A stretch of 64,000 bases of DNA, from positions 18,408 to 82,407 of the forward strand of contig JAZQMY010000024.1 in assembly GCA_045627045.1 (NCBI GenBank), read 5' to 3'. Source of the DNA: Clostridia bacterium (GTDB taxonomy: Bacteria; Bacillota; Clostridia; HGM11327). Under the pieces are notes generated by a model, which was not told where the DNA came from, did not search any database, and was given only the letters and a program-made list of their open reading frames with translations. Of this stretch, positions 19,913 to 29,200 are shown piece by piece. The stretch's first letter is position 1. Each line of letters opens with the position of its first letter. The position numbers were made by a program, and so were the translations under genes.

Positions 19913-19931
19913 ATTATCCTGTGCCTCCTTT

Positions 19932-22900
19932 TTATTCCGTCACAAGCGTAATGATATCGAACGCTCTGACATCCAGAGTAACCGAGTTATCCGCAACGGG
20001 TATTTCCACCGGTTTCTCTTCGAGAAGGTTCGTAAGATATACTTTATTTACATTGAAGCCGAACTTCACTGTTGTTCTTGATGCCATTCCGTATGCATCA
20101 TAAATACGGAATACCGTGCCGCTGCTCTTCTCTGCACGCTTTACCGCCTCAACAACGATATTCTTCTTATCTGCAGTTACAAGTGAGAATGTCTCGGGGA
20201 GTGTGCCCTCCTTGTTGGCATTTATCTTTACTGCCTTCATGGGATCATTGAGTCTGTATGCTTCTTCGACCGTTCCGCCTGCTACCGCATTAAGCTTATG
20301 CGGATAGATTGAATATGTAAATCTGTGGTTTGTGCAATCACCGCCGTCATAAGGAGACTCTGCGCTCTTTATCATAGTGATGCCGATAGTGTTCTCATAT
20401 GAGCTGAAGCCGTACTTGCAATCATTGAGAATTGATACGCCGTAGCCGTTATCGGATACGTCAACCCACTTGTGCATACAGGTTTCAAACTTTGCCTCAT
20501 CCCATGAGGTATTCATATGCATAGGTCTCTCAACATTACCAAACTGTATTTCGCTTACGGTCTTTGTCGTTCTGACGTCAAACGGGAAGAGTGCCTTGAG
20601 GATGATGTGCTTCTGCGCAATGTCAATGTTATTGAACACATCGATTCTCGGGATGTTATCGTAAACAACAATGTTCTGTCTTATTATGTTATCGTTATAC
20701 TTCCATTCAAATGACAGACCCTTTGCGGCTCCGTTTTGATAAGGCTTCACGGATACAAGCTCTGTAACTTCCTTGCCTTTGAGTCTTGTGTAATGTGATA
20801 TCTCCCAACCGTCAAAGTTTGTCGGGAAGTCCTCATATACCACTATTCTGTTTCCTTTTTCGCCTTCTCTCAAAAGCTCTCTGTCCTCAAGCTTGTCATA
20901 TACGGATGTCATAAAGCCGTTTTCATCAAACTTGACTGAAAAGTATCTGTTATCTATTGAATTCTCCGAAACGATCGCCTCATTCCTGTCATAAAGAGAC
21001 TTCTTCACGGCATAGCCGAGACCAGGTACGTTATCGGCAGTATAAAGCTTTCCGTCAAGCTCCACAATGCCCGTACCTTCAGCCGAGTTCATATTGAATA
21101 CAGCATAGCCGCCGTCGGATCTGATGTTTTCAGCAACTTTCTTTACATTGGAATCCACTATTGTGCCTGCATCCGAAAGCACTTCTGCGTATTCCCTCTC
21201 TGATCTCTCATAAACTTCCTTGATCGATGAGCCAGGAATAATATCGTGGAACTGATTGAGGCTTACGGTCTCCCAATCGTTATCGAGCTTTTCAAAAGGA
21301 TACTCTGTGCCGCAAAGCTTGCCTGCAATAACCGACGTTTCTTCAGCATCACGAAGCGCAAACTCTGCCTTTCTGTTATTTCTTTTGACCTTGGCAATGT
21401 TTGTATAAGTGCCTCTGTGGAATTCAAGATAAAGCTCTCCGTCCCAGCGCGGAATCTCGCGAAGCTTTTCGCAATTATCATCAAATGTCTTCTTTGTTTC
21501 ATCAAGATAATCGGAAAGAGTTGTCATTTCCGTCTTCGGGATGCCGGGAATGCCTTTATTGAGTCTTCTGTATCTCTCAAGCATTTCTGCCGTAGCTCCG
21601 CCGCCGCCGTCACCAAAGCCGAACGGGTGAAGCGTTGTTTCGTTGAATGTCTTTGTCTTGTATCTGTCATACGTCTGCTTGATTTCTTCAGGCGTCATGT
21701 TTCCGTTGAATGAAGTGATGAAGAACGTAAAAATTTCTGTTCCGTCGATGCCTCTCCAATAGAATGTATCCTGCGGCATCTTATTCGTATCGTTCCAGCT
21801 GATTTTTCCCGTAACGAAGTTCTCAACGTCAGCCTTCTTCAATATCTGCGGGAGAGCAGCACTGTATCCGAATACATCGGGAATCCAGAGTGTCTTTGAC
21901 TCCGTGCCGTATTCATCTCTTATGAAGCTCTTGCCTCTGATGAGCTGTCTTACAAAGCTTTCGCCTGACGGGATGTTGCAATCGCTCTCAAGCCACATCG
22001 CGCCCTCTGCTTCCCATCTGCCCTCTTCGATGCGCTTTTTAATCTCTTCGTAAAGCTCCGGAGAATTTTTCTTCATGAACTGATAGAGCTGCGGCTGAGT
22101 CATCATGAACTTATATTCAGGATATCTCTCCATAAGCTCAAGTGCAGTAGCAAACGATCTCTGAACCTTCTCTTCAGTCTGTGCGATCGTCCAGAGCCAT
22201 GCAACGTCAATATGCGTGTGGCCTATGCACTTTACTATGAGATCGTCCTTTCCGCAAGCCTTACCGTAGAACTCCTCATCCATATACTTCTGGGCTTCAT
22301 CGAGTGAATCAAAGAATTCCTGTTTTCCCTCGTATGATTTATTTATCATAAGGCAAGCTGCTTCAAGATATCTGAATATCTTCTTTCTTTCCGGTGACTC
22401 AAAGCCATAGCAGCGTGCGGCATCAAACGGCACGCCCATATCGTAGCTAAGCTTTTCTACTTTTTCATTTATTACGTAAAGTCTCGGGTACGGCATTGCA
22501 TCCTTTTCTCTGACATTTGACATATAAACATAATATGCAACATCATATTCCCTGCCGCACTCAACGGGGATTCTCTTATGATTCGGATCAAGTCCGCACT
22601 TCATCTTTCCGTCAACATAAAGAATAGTCTGCGGATCCGAGGAAGGGGTTTCAAATGCAAGCATCAGCTTTGTATTCTCCGGAATCGAATCGGGAGTCTT
22701 TACCTTTCCTCTTATCCAGAAATGCATATCCTTTGCATTTATTCCCATATATCCCGTGCATTTTTTCCAGGAGTCATCCACCTCGGGTATATTGTTATCT
22801 TTTTTATAGCCGCACTCCTTGAAGAAGAAATCTCCGCATCCCATGGATGATCTGACTATATATTTTCGTACTGTACTGAGTGTCGTTTCTATAAGTTCAC

Positions 22901-22937
22901 TGACGTATCTCATATTTTCCTCCACATTATTTCTCAT
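19932..22937 (-). CDS. GH38 family alpha-mannosidase (paralog 2). The true start is probably MRYVSEL at 22913.
   Basis: 1001 aa. It is colinear with paralog 1 and shares the same motifs (IGHTHIDVAWLWT, DCNIPSGESFVRQLI). It lies 19 nt upstream of paralog 1. Confidence 0.85.
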   Translation of the reverse strand: MRNNVEENMRYVSELIETTLSTVRKYIVRSSMGCGDFFFKECGYKKDNNIPEVDDSWKKCTGYMGINAKDMHFWIRGKVKTPDSIPENTKLMLAFETPSSDPQTILYVDGKMKCGLDPNHKRIPVECGREYDVAYYVYMSNVREKDAMPYPRLYVINEKVEKLSYDMGVPFDAARCYGFESPERKKIFRYLEAACLMINKSYEGKQEFFDSLDEAQKYMDEEFYGKACGKDDLIVKCIGHTHIDVAWLWTIAQTEEKVQRSFATALELMERYPEYKFMMTQPQLYQFMKKNSPELYEEIKKRIEEGRWEAEGAMWLESDCNIPSGESFVRQLIRGKSFIRDEYGTESKTLWIPDVFGYSAALPQILKKADVENFVTGKISWNDTNKMPQDTFYWRGIDGTEIFTFFITSFNGNMTPEEIKQTYDRYKTKTFNETTLHPFGFGDGGGGATAEMLERYRRLNKGIPGIPKTEMTTLSDYLDETKKTFDDNCEKLREIPRWDGELYLEFHRGTYTNIAKVKRNNRKAEFALRDAEETSVIAGKLCGTEYPFEKLDNDWETVSLNQFHDIIPGSSIKEVYERSEREYAEVLSDAGTIVDSNVKKVAENIRSDGGYAVFNMNSAEGTGIVELDGKLYTADNVPGLGYAVKKSLYDRNEAIVSENSIDNRYFSVKFDENGFMTSVYDKLEDRELLREGEKGNRIVVYEDFPTNFDGWEISHYTRLKGKEVTELVSVKPYQNGAAKGLSFEWKYNDNIIRQNIVVYDNIPRIDVFNNIDIAQKHIILKALFPFDVRTTKTVSEIQFGNVERPMHMNTSWDEAKFETCMHKWVDVSDNGYGVSILNDCKYGFSSYENTIGITMIKSAESPYDGGDCTNHRFTYSIYPHKLNAVAGGTVEEAYRLNDPMKAVKINANKEGTLPETFSLVTADKKNIVVEAVKRAEKSSGTVFRIYDAYGMASRTTVKFGFNVNKVYLTNLLEEKPVEIPVADNSVTLDVRAFDIITLVTE

Positions 22938-23019
22938 AATATTTTATCATATTTCCTGATATATTTCAAGTCTTTTCCTGTCCCTGCACATATTTTGGCT
23001 GTTAAATGCTATATTCCGA

Positions 23020-23048
23020 TTGACAAAGACTGTTTTTTATGCTAAAAT
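23020..23048 (+). promoter_or_regulatory. sigma-A promoter (TTGACA, 17-nt spacer, TAAAAT) for the ATP-grasp gene
   Basis: The sequence gatTTGACAaagactgttttttatgcTAAAATtg is read directly. GGAG RBS before the ATG at 23080. Confidence 0.6.
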
Positions 23049-23079
23049 TGAATATATAAATTGATTTACGGAGATATTT

Positions 23080-24102
23080 ATGGGAAAAATCAGGTTTATT
23101 ATAAAGCGCCTCAAGGATATGGACTACAAAGCGCTTTTTGCAATGGTAAGAAAGCTTCATAAAAAAACAGGAAAGCTCTGCACTTTTCTTTTCTTTGATA
23201 TCATAATATGCGGTTTCAGGTACGGTGCAGGCTACAAGGATTACGAGCTCTATGAGTTCTGGAAGCTCCCTGCAAAGCTTCGCAGGACATACGTTGTGCG
23301 CACCACAAACAACCTCATCATTGCTCACTGCAACAAGAAAGAATACTATCATTGCCTCAATGACAAAATAGAATTCAATACAAAATATAACAAATTTCTC
23401 AAAAGAGACTGGCTTGACTTCAGAACGGCATCAAAGGAAGACTTTATGTCATTCATTTCGGGTAAAACCGCAATCATTGCAAAGCCTGTTGATCAGTGTT
23501 GCGGCATCGGCGTAAAGAAGCTCTCCGTTGCCGACTTTGATAGCCTTGATGCAATGTACGATGCTCTGAAAAACGATCCTTCAGCCGATCTTCTTGAGGA
23601 TTATATCATCCAGCATCACCTTATCTCGGCTCTTTATCCGCATTCAGTCAACACAATCCGTGTGATGACAATTCTCAAGGGCGAAGATGTACACATCATT
23701 TTTGCCGCCATTCGTATCGGCAATAACGGCAAGGTCGTTGACAACATAAATAACGGTGGTCTTGCTTCTCCCGTTGACATCGCAACAGGCGAAATACTCT
23801 TCCCCGGCTACGATAAAGACGGAAACGAGTATGATGTTCATCCTATGACAGGCCATCCCATCAAGGGCTTTATCATTCCCTTCTGGGATGAAGCAGTTGC
23901 AATGGTGAAAGAAGCCGCCCTCGTAACGCCGGAGCTTCGCTACTGCGGTTGGGACGTTGCAATCACCGAGAACGGTCCGCTCTTCGTGGAAGCAAACCAT
24001 ATGCCCGGCTACGATATCCTTCAGCTTCCCGCTCACAATCCGTCACGCGTCGGCATGAAACCAATTTACAACGCTATTCTCGGCGACGAAATGAAAATCT
24101 GA
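23080..24102 (+). CDS. sugar-transfer-associated ATP-grasp family protein (ATPgrasp_ST-like)
   Basis: 340 aa. ATP-grasp fold elements are present (IAKPVDQCCGIGV, ...EANHMPGYDI). It has the overall architecture of the stand-alone ATP-grasp family usually found in polysaccharide loci. Confidence 0.6.
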   Translation: MGKIRFIIKRLKDMDYKALFAMVRKLHKKTGKLCTFLFFDIIICGFRYGAGYKDYELYEFWKLPAKLRRTYVVRTTNNLIIAHCNKKEYYHCLNDKIEFNTKYNKFLKRDWLDFRTASKEDFMSFISGKTAIIAKPVDQCCGIGVKKLSVADFDSLDAMYDALKNDPSADLLEDYIIQHHLISALYPHSVNTIRVMTILKGEDVHIIFAAIRIGNNGKVVDNINNGGLASPVDIATGEILFPGYDKDGNEYDVHPMTGHPIKGFIIPFWDEAVAMVKEAALVTPELRYCGWDVAITENGPLFVEANHMPGYDILQLPAHNPSRVGMKPIYNAILGDEMKI

Positions 24103-24116
24103 TACAAAAAATTCAA

Positions 24117-24155
24117 GCGGCAGACTTCTCATGATCATGAAGCCTGCCGTTTTTG
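24117..24155 (+). terminator. terminator after the ATP-grasp gene
   Basis: The stem GCGGCAG/CTGCCG is followed by TTTTTG. Confidence 0.5.
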
Positions 24156-24162
24156 TATCCGT

Positions 24163-24191
24163 TTGACAAATCAGCCGATATGTGGTAAAAT
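24163..24191 (+). promoter_or_regulatory. sigma-A promoter with extended -10 (TTGACA, 17-nt spacer, TGgTAAAAT) for the acetyltransferase gene
   Basis: The sequence TTGACAaatcagccgatatgtggTAAAAT is read directly. The ORF track's TTG 'start' at 24163 is actually the -35 box. Confidence 0.65.
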
Positions 24192-24234
24192 TAAATCAGT
24201 TTTTGAGAATATTATTAACAATGGAGGTTTTATT

Positions 24235-24753
24235 TTGAGCAAGCTCAGTTCAGCAATATACAGGATCACCTGCGGTCCGTCATCCGAAACATACTGGAAG
24301 CACAGAGAAAAAGCTCTTCGCGCCGGGAAAATTGCACTTATCTATCACAGAATCAAGTGCATAAAGGTTCTCAGAGCATTCAATGCATATATCCCGCTTT
24401 CAGCCAGATTTGAAGGAAAGCCTTCCTTCCCCCACGAAATCAACGGGGTGTTTATTTCCAAGGGCGCAAAAATCGGCAAAAACTGCACCATTTTCCATCA
24501 GGTGACAATAGGCTCCGTAACATCAAGCGGAAGCAAGAATGTCGGTTCTCCCACGATAGGTGATAACGTTATCATAGGCGCAGGCGCAAAGATAATAGGT
24601 AACGTAAAAATCGGAAACAACGTCAGAATAGGCGCAAACTGCGTTGTTGTGAAGGATGTTCCCGATAATTCCACAGTTGTCCTGCCCTCACCGAGAATCA
24701 TTTCTCACGACGAGCCGAGAAACAACGATTTTGTCGCATTCACAAACGAATGA
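24235..24753 (+). CDS. hexapeptide-repeat (LbH) acetyltransferase, serine-O-acetyltransferase / sugar O-acetyltransferase-like
   Basis: A TTG start 8 nt after the GGAGG RBS. Left-handed beta-helix hexapeptide repeats are present (IGKNCTIFHQVTIG..IGDNVIIGAGAKIIGNVKIGNNVRIGANCVV). Confidence 0.65.
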   Translation: MSKLSSAIYRITCGPSSETYWKHREKALRAGKIALIYHRIKCIKVLRAFNAYIPLSARFEGKPSFPHEINGVFISKGAKIGKNCTIFHQVTIGSVTSSGSKNVGSPTIGDNVIIGAGAKIIGNVKIGNNVRIGANCVVVKDVPDNSTVVLPSPRIISHDEPRNNDFVAFTNE

Positions 24754-24782
24754 TATTTGCCCGAATAGTATCAAATAAAAAA

Positions 24783-24826
24783 AGAATTGTCGGAAAGAGC
24801 GTATCTTCCCGACAATTTTGTTTTTC
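24783..24826 (+). terminator. rho-independent terminator
   Basis: The stem AATTGTCGG/CCGACAATT is followed by TTGTTTTT. Confidence 0.65.
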
Positions 24827-24910
24827 TCTTCTTCCGTTTTCGTATCGCTTCTTGCCGGAGCCGCTCTGACAGCTTTCCGCCAAGGGGAGTACTTTTTTAT
24901 TGCAATTATA

Positions 24911-25261
24911 TTATAAGAGAACAATATCCTTCTTTTTTCTGGCAACAGGCTTCTTTTCTTCGAGAATCTTTTCTGCTTCTTCAGGCTTTGCAGTAAATTC
25001 TGCGAGAAGATCAAAAGCTCTGTCTCTGCCGCTCTCCGATATTGAATAGAACACCATTCTGCCGTCTTTTCTTGCTTCCACAAGCCCTGAATCACACAAA
25101 ATCTTCATGTGGTGAGAAAGCGTCGGCTGTGATACATCGAGCTCCTCGAGGATTTTGTCTGCATACATTTCACTTTCAATAAGCATATTGAGTATGTTTA
25201 CTCTGTGCTTATCCGCAAGTGCCTTGAATATTCTTGCGGCTTCTGAATAACGTTCTTCCAT
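24911..25261 (-). CDS. ArsR/SmtB-family metalloregulator-like HTH transcriptional regulator
   Basis: Winged-HTH pattern (ALADKHRVNILNML..EMYADKILEEL..SQPTLSHHMKIL..GLVEARKDGRMVFY). The start is probably MEERY. Confidence 0.7.
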   Translation of the reverse strand: MEERYSEAARIFKALADKHRVNILNMLIESEMYADKILEELDVSQPTLSHHMKILCDSGLVEARKDGRMVFYSISESGRDRAFDLLAEFTAKPEEAEKILEEKKPVARKKKDIVLL

Positions 25262-25421
25262 AATATTTATTCTCCCTGAATACAACTAAATACTAAATTT
25301 TTATATTATTATATACTACTTATAATAAAATGTCAATGCTATTTTTAATTTGTCGGAGAATTACACAAAAACATCTGTATTTTATAAAAAATATTGTATA
25401 TTTGGAACATTGCTAATTTGT

Positions 25422-26141
25422 TCAGACTTCCACTTCCATTCCGTCCTCTGCGAGAACAAGTGAGTATCCGTCTGCAATGCCCATCATCTCCTCAACTGCC
25501 GTCTTTCTGTAAGGTGCGTAGTGATTGAGATATATTCTCTTTGTGTTGCAATTTGCAAACGTATCCTTTGCATCGGCAACGTTTACGTGTGCGCTCTCGC
25601 AAACAATAACGTCAAAATACTTCTCAAAGCATTCCTTCGGGAAATCACGGTCAGGAGATGAAATGTCGCCTGAAAAATAAACTCTCTTTCCTTCTCCTTC
25701 GATCACGAAGCAGTGTGATGTGCCTGTATGAGCCGTTCTGTATGCTCTGCAGGTGATCGTTCCGTCATTGTATATTTCTCCCGCCTCATACACCTGCATA
25801 TCCTCAAGCCTTGTTCCGTCTCCGTTCATAGCTCTCGTCCATGCTGTAAGGGCATCAATAGCCTTCTGTTCAGGTATCAGAATCTTCGTTGCAGAATTCT
25901 TATAATACCATGATGTCAGGTCTATGAACTCATTAAGACCGTTCATGTGGTCACCATGAGTGTGTGTTATGAATATTGCAGAAAGGTCATACGGATTTTC
26001 ATTCCTTCTTAACATCATATTTACAAAAGGCGCACCTGCGTCAATAAGATAAGATTTATCGCCAACCTTAAGAAGGGTGCATGAGCAATATCTGTCTTTT
26101 TCGGGAAGACCGTGGCTCGTTCCGAGAAATACTATTTTCAT
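25422..26141 (-). CDS. MBL-fold metallo-hydrolase
   Basis: HxHxDH motif (THTHGDHMNG). The start MKIVFLGTSHG is preceded by a GGAG RBS. The longer ORF-track start is rejected. Confidence 0.75.
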   Translation of the reverse strand: MKIVFLGTSHGLPEKDRYCSCTLLKVGDKSYLIDAGAPFVNMMLRRNENPYDLSAIFITHTHGDHMNGLNEFIDLTSWYYKNSATKILIPEQKAIDALTAWTRAMNGDGTRLEDMQVYEAGEIYNDGTITCRAYRTAHTGTSHCFVIEGEGKRVYFSGDISSPDRDFPKECFEKYFDVIVCESAHVNVADAKDTFANCNTKRIYLNHYAPYRKTAVEEMMGIADGYSLVLAEDGMEVEV

Positions 26142-26285
26142 ATCATTTTTCTCCTTTTTTATTGCCGTAATGTATCCGGCTTTATTTATTAAAATAATAT
26201 CACAATATAAGAAGTTTGTCAATATTTTAAGATGCAAAAAAGGCGGCAGCGACTGAAAATCGCTCCGCCATTTTGTTATTGCCGA

Positions 26286-29200
26286 TTACTCAGCTTTCTT
26301 TCTCTTTGTGCAAACGACCATTGCAAGAAGAGCAAAGATACCTGCAATCATAAGTACAAACCAGAAAGTCATGCCTGCTTTTTCACCCATTTCAGGAGTG
26401 ATCGGAGCAGCATTCTTTGTCCACTTTGCATAAACGATAGCATTTTCGGCGATCTCTGCATCAAAGTCGAACTCTTCTGTGCAGTCTTCATCAGCATACC
26501 AGCCTTCGAATGTGTATCCTTCCTCTGACGGATCAGCAGGCTTTGCCGCCTTGTCACCTTCAAAAACGGTCTGCTCTTCTACCTGTGTGCCGAAGCCGTT
26601 CATCTCAAATGTAACTGTATAAGAAGGTACAACATAGTCACAAACAGTGCACTCATGATTTACAATGTTGTGGTTCTCTGTTTCCTCATGGCTGTTATCA
26701 TTGTTGCAGAAACGGTGATGCTCTGTATCGTTGACTGATACCCATTCGCCCCAATCGTGGTCAAGAGGCTCACCGACTTCAACAGTCTTTTCAGTGTCGA
26801 TTTCTTCACATCTGTCGCACTGTACATAGTATGTTTCAGGCTCTGTGCAGGTTGCATCCGTTGCCTTCTGTGCAGACGGCTTTGTTGTGAAGCTGTGTCC
26901 GAGAGGTTCGCCGACCTCGAATGTCTCAGTATCACTGATTTCGCCGCATTCACAGCTCTTGTAATATACTGCTGCATTCTCACAGTCTGCTGCTGACTTA
27001 AAGCTTTCATCGCTTTCAACTTCCTTGTCATAGCTATGAACATGGATCTTTTCCCACTTTGCATAAACCGTCTTGTCTTCGTCCATCGTAAGTGATGTTA
27101 CAGGCTCGCCTTCAAAATCGGAATTGTCAAACCAGCCCTTGAATTCAAAGCCGGCCTTTGTTGTAACGTATCCGGAAAGATCAACTTCAGTGCCTTCTTC
27201 AATGTCTTCAGCATCAATCTCAGAGCCTTCATTTACCTCGAATGTAAGCGTATACTTCTTTGCTTTGACATTCACGTCAAATGATGCACTCTGAGGCTTA
27301 TCCTCGGAAACAGTACCGGGGGTACCGCTACATTCCTCTCCAAGCATACTTGCGCCGCTCATACTGCTCTTGAGAACCAGATAATATGTTTCGTCCGCAT
27401 CATTGAGAGTCAATGTTACTTCACGGTTTCCGAGGGTTACATCAGACTTATCGTAGTCCAACGCATAAAGATCGTCTGTCAGTGTTTCTCCGAGGAATTT
27501 TACTGTCATGGCAGAAGTATCCAAATCCTCCCCTGCTACAACCTCTTCCGGAGCGTCTGTTATTTCAATCAACAGAGATTCCACTGCCTTCAGGATATCC
27601 GGTGCAGAGTCTTCATCAAAGTCTCTTGCTGCGTATTCCTCAGCAGATGCTTTTCCTGCGTCAGTCATATAGAAAATTCTTGAATTTTCTCCGATAGTAG
27701 TCGCTGAATAACTACCGTATATAGAAGTTTCATTGTCTTCATACTTTGTTGAAATATACGGTGCTCCGGCAAGAATCAGATCCACCTCACGGTTTGCAAA
27801 AGCATCATCTTCAATCAATACAACCGAAGCAGGTACAAGAACTGATATCTTTGCGGCAGGCTTTTCCGGAGAATCGTACAAGTCTGTTATCTTGAAAGCG
27901 CCCCAGTTTATTGTCTTGAGCGTTGGTGCCAAAGCTATTTTCTCGATTCCCTCACATGAGTCAAACATAAACGCAGACATTTCAGTTCTGCCGTTTTCGA
28001 TAATAATATTCTTCAGCTTACGGCATTCCTGGAAAGCATTCTTACCGTACTCAACACCATCGGATACTACTACTTGCTCAAGACCGCACTTAGCAAAACC
28101 ACGGTACTGAACTTCAGCCAAAGCAGGAAGCTTTACTGTCTTCAAAGCGTTGTCATTCATGAAAGCGTTAGTGCCAACTGTCTTGACAGAAGTGAACTCA
28201 ACGCTTGCAAGATCGTTACAATACATGAAGCAGTTATTCGGAATTGCCGTAAGAGCCGGCATCATATCAGCAGTGATTTTCTTGATACCGCAGTACATGA
28301 ATGCTTCGCAGTTGATCGTTGTGAGCTTGGGAGCATTCACTGCTGTAAGGTTTGCGCAGTTCATAAACATCTTTAAGCCTGAACTGCAGCCATCTGCGCC
28401 GAACTTTACTGTATCAGGCAGGTTAACTGTCTTGAGGTTAACGCAGTTTGTAAAAATGTTGTTGGGAAGAACTTCCATCTTGCCCAAAGTTACATTTTCA
28501 AGACCTGCAAAGCCTACAAACAACTCGCAATACTCTGTGCCCGGTCCGGCATTAAGAGCAGTAAAATTCTTGATAGTGTCATTTACACAACTAATCGGAT
28601 AAGGCTCACATCCGTCATAATACTTATAAGAATAATATGTATCTGATGGAGTAACATAGAAAGAGGCTGATAAGCTATAATTCCAACCACTCTCTTCATA
28701 ATGCTGGAAAGCACTTACAGGACCGTTCATTGTTACATTCTCAAGAGAAGCTGTTCCTACAAATACAGAGCTGTATGCTTCCTCCAATGTTTCAGGAGTA
28801 ATCAGTGACTTGATGTGGAACTGATTCTGGAAAGCTGCGTATTGGATGGTTTTCAGTTTTGTCTTTGAAAGATCAGCCTTTTTAAGTCCGTAGCCGGCGA
28901 TATCGCCTGTCATTTCATTAACAGCCTTTGCGCTGAAGAAACCTGAACCAAGCATAAATGCGTTTGAACCGATCGTTGTGAGTGATGTCATCTGTTCAAA
29001 CGGGAATGACTCGAGGCTCGGGCAGAATTCAAATGCCTCCGATTGAATATTCAACAGTTTCTCAGGATAAGCAAATGTTACCGTTTTAAGAGAAGGTGAG
29101 AACTTGAACATCCCGGAACGAATTGTCTCAATTTCACACTTGAAGTTTACAGTCTCAAGATACGGAAGCTCAGCAAAAGCAGAGGGGTTGCCCTCTATGA

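Noticed and set aside
21246-21713. 155-aa plus-strand ORF inside GH38 paralog 2
   Set aside because: It is an antisense shadow ORF within a strongly supported 1001-aa gene.
24163-24234. ORF-track N-terminal extension of the acetyltransferase, starting at the TTG at 24163
   Set aside because: That TTG is the first three bases of a perfect TTGACA -35 box, which is followed 17 nt later by TGgTAAAAT. The real start is the TTG at 24235, 8 nt after GGAGG.
28150-28602. 150-aa plus-strand ORF
   Set aside because: It is antisense within the LRR surface-protein gene. Repetitive coding DNA generates long shadow frames.
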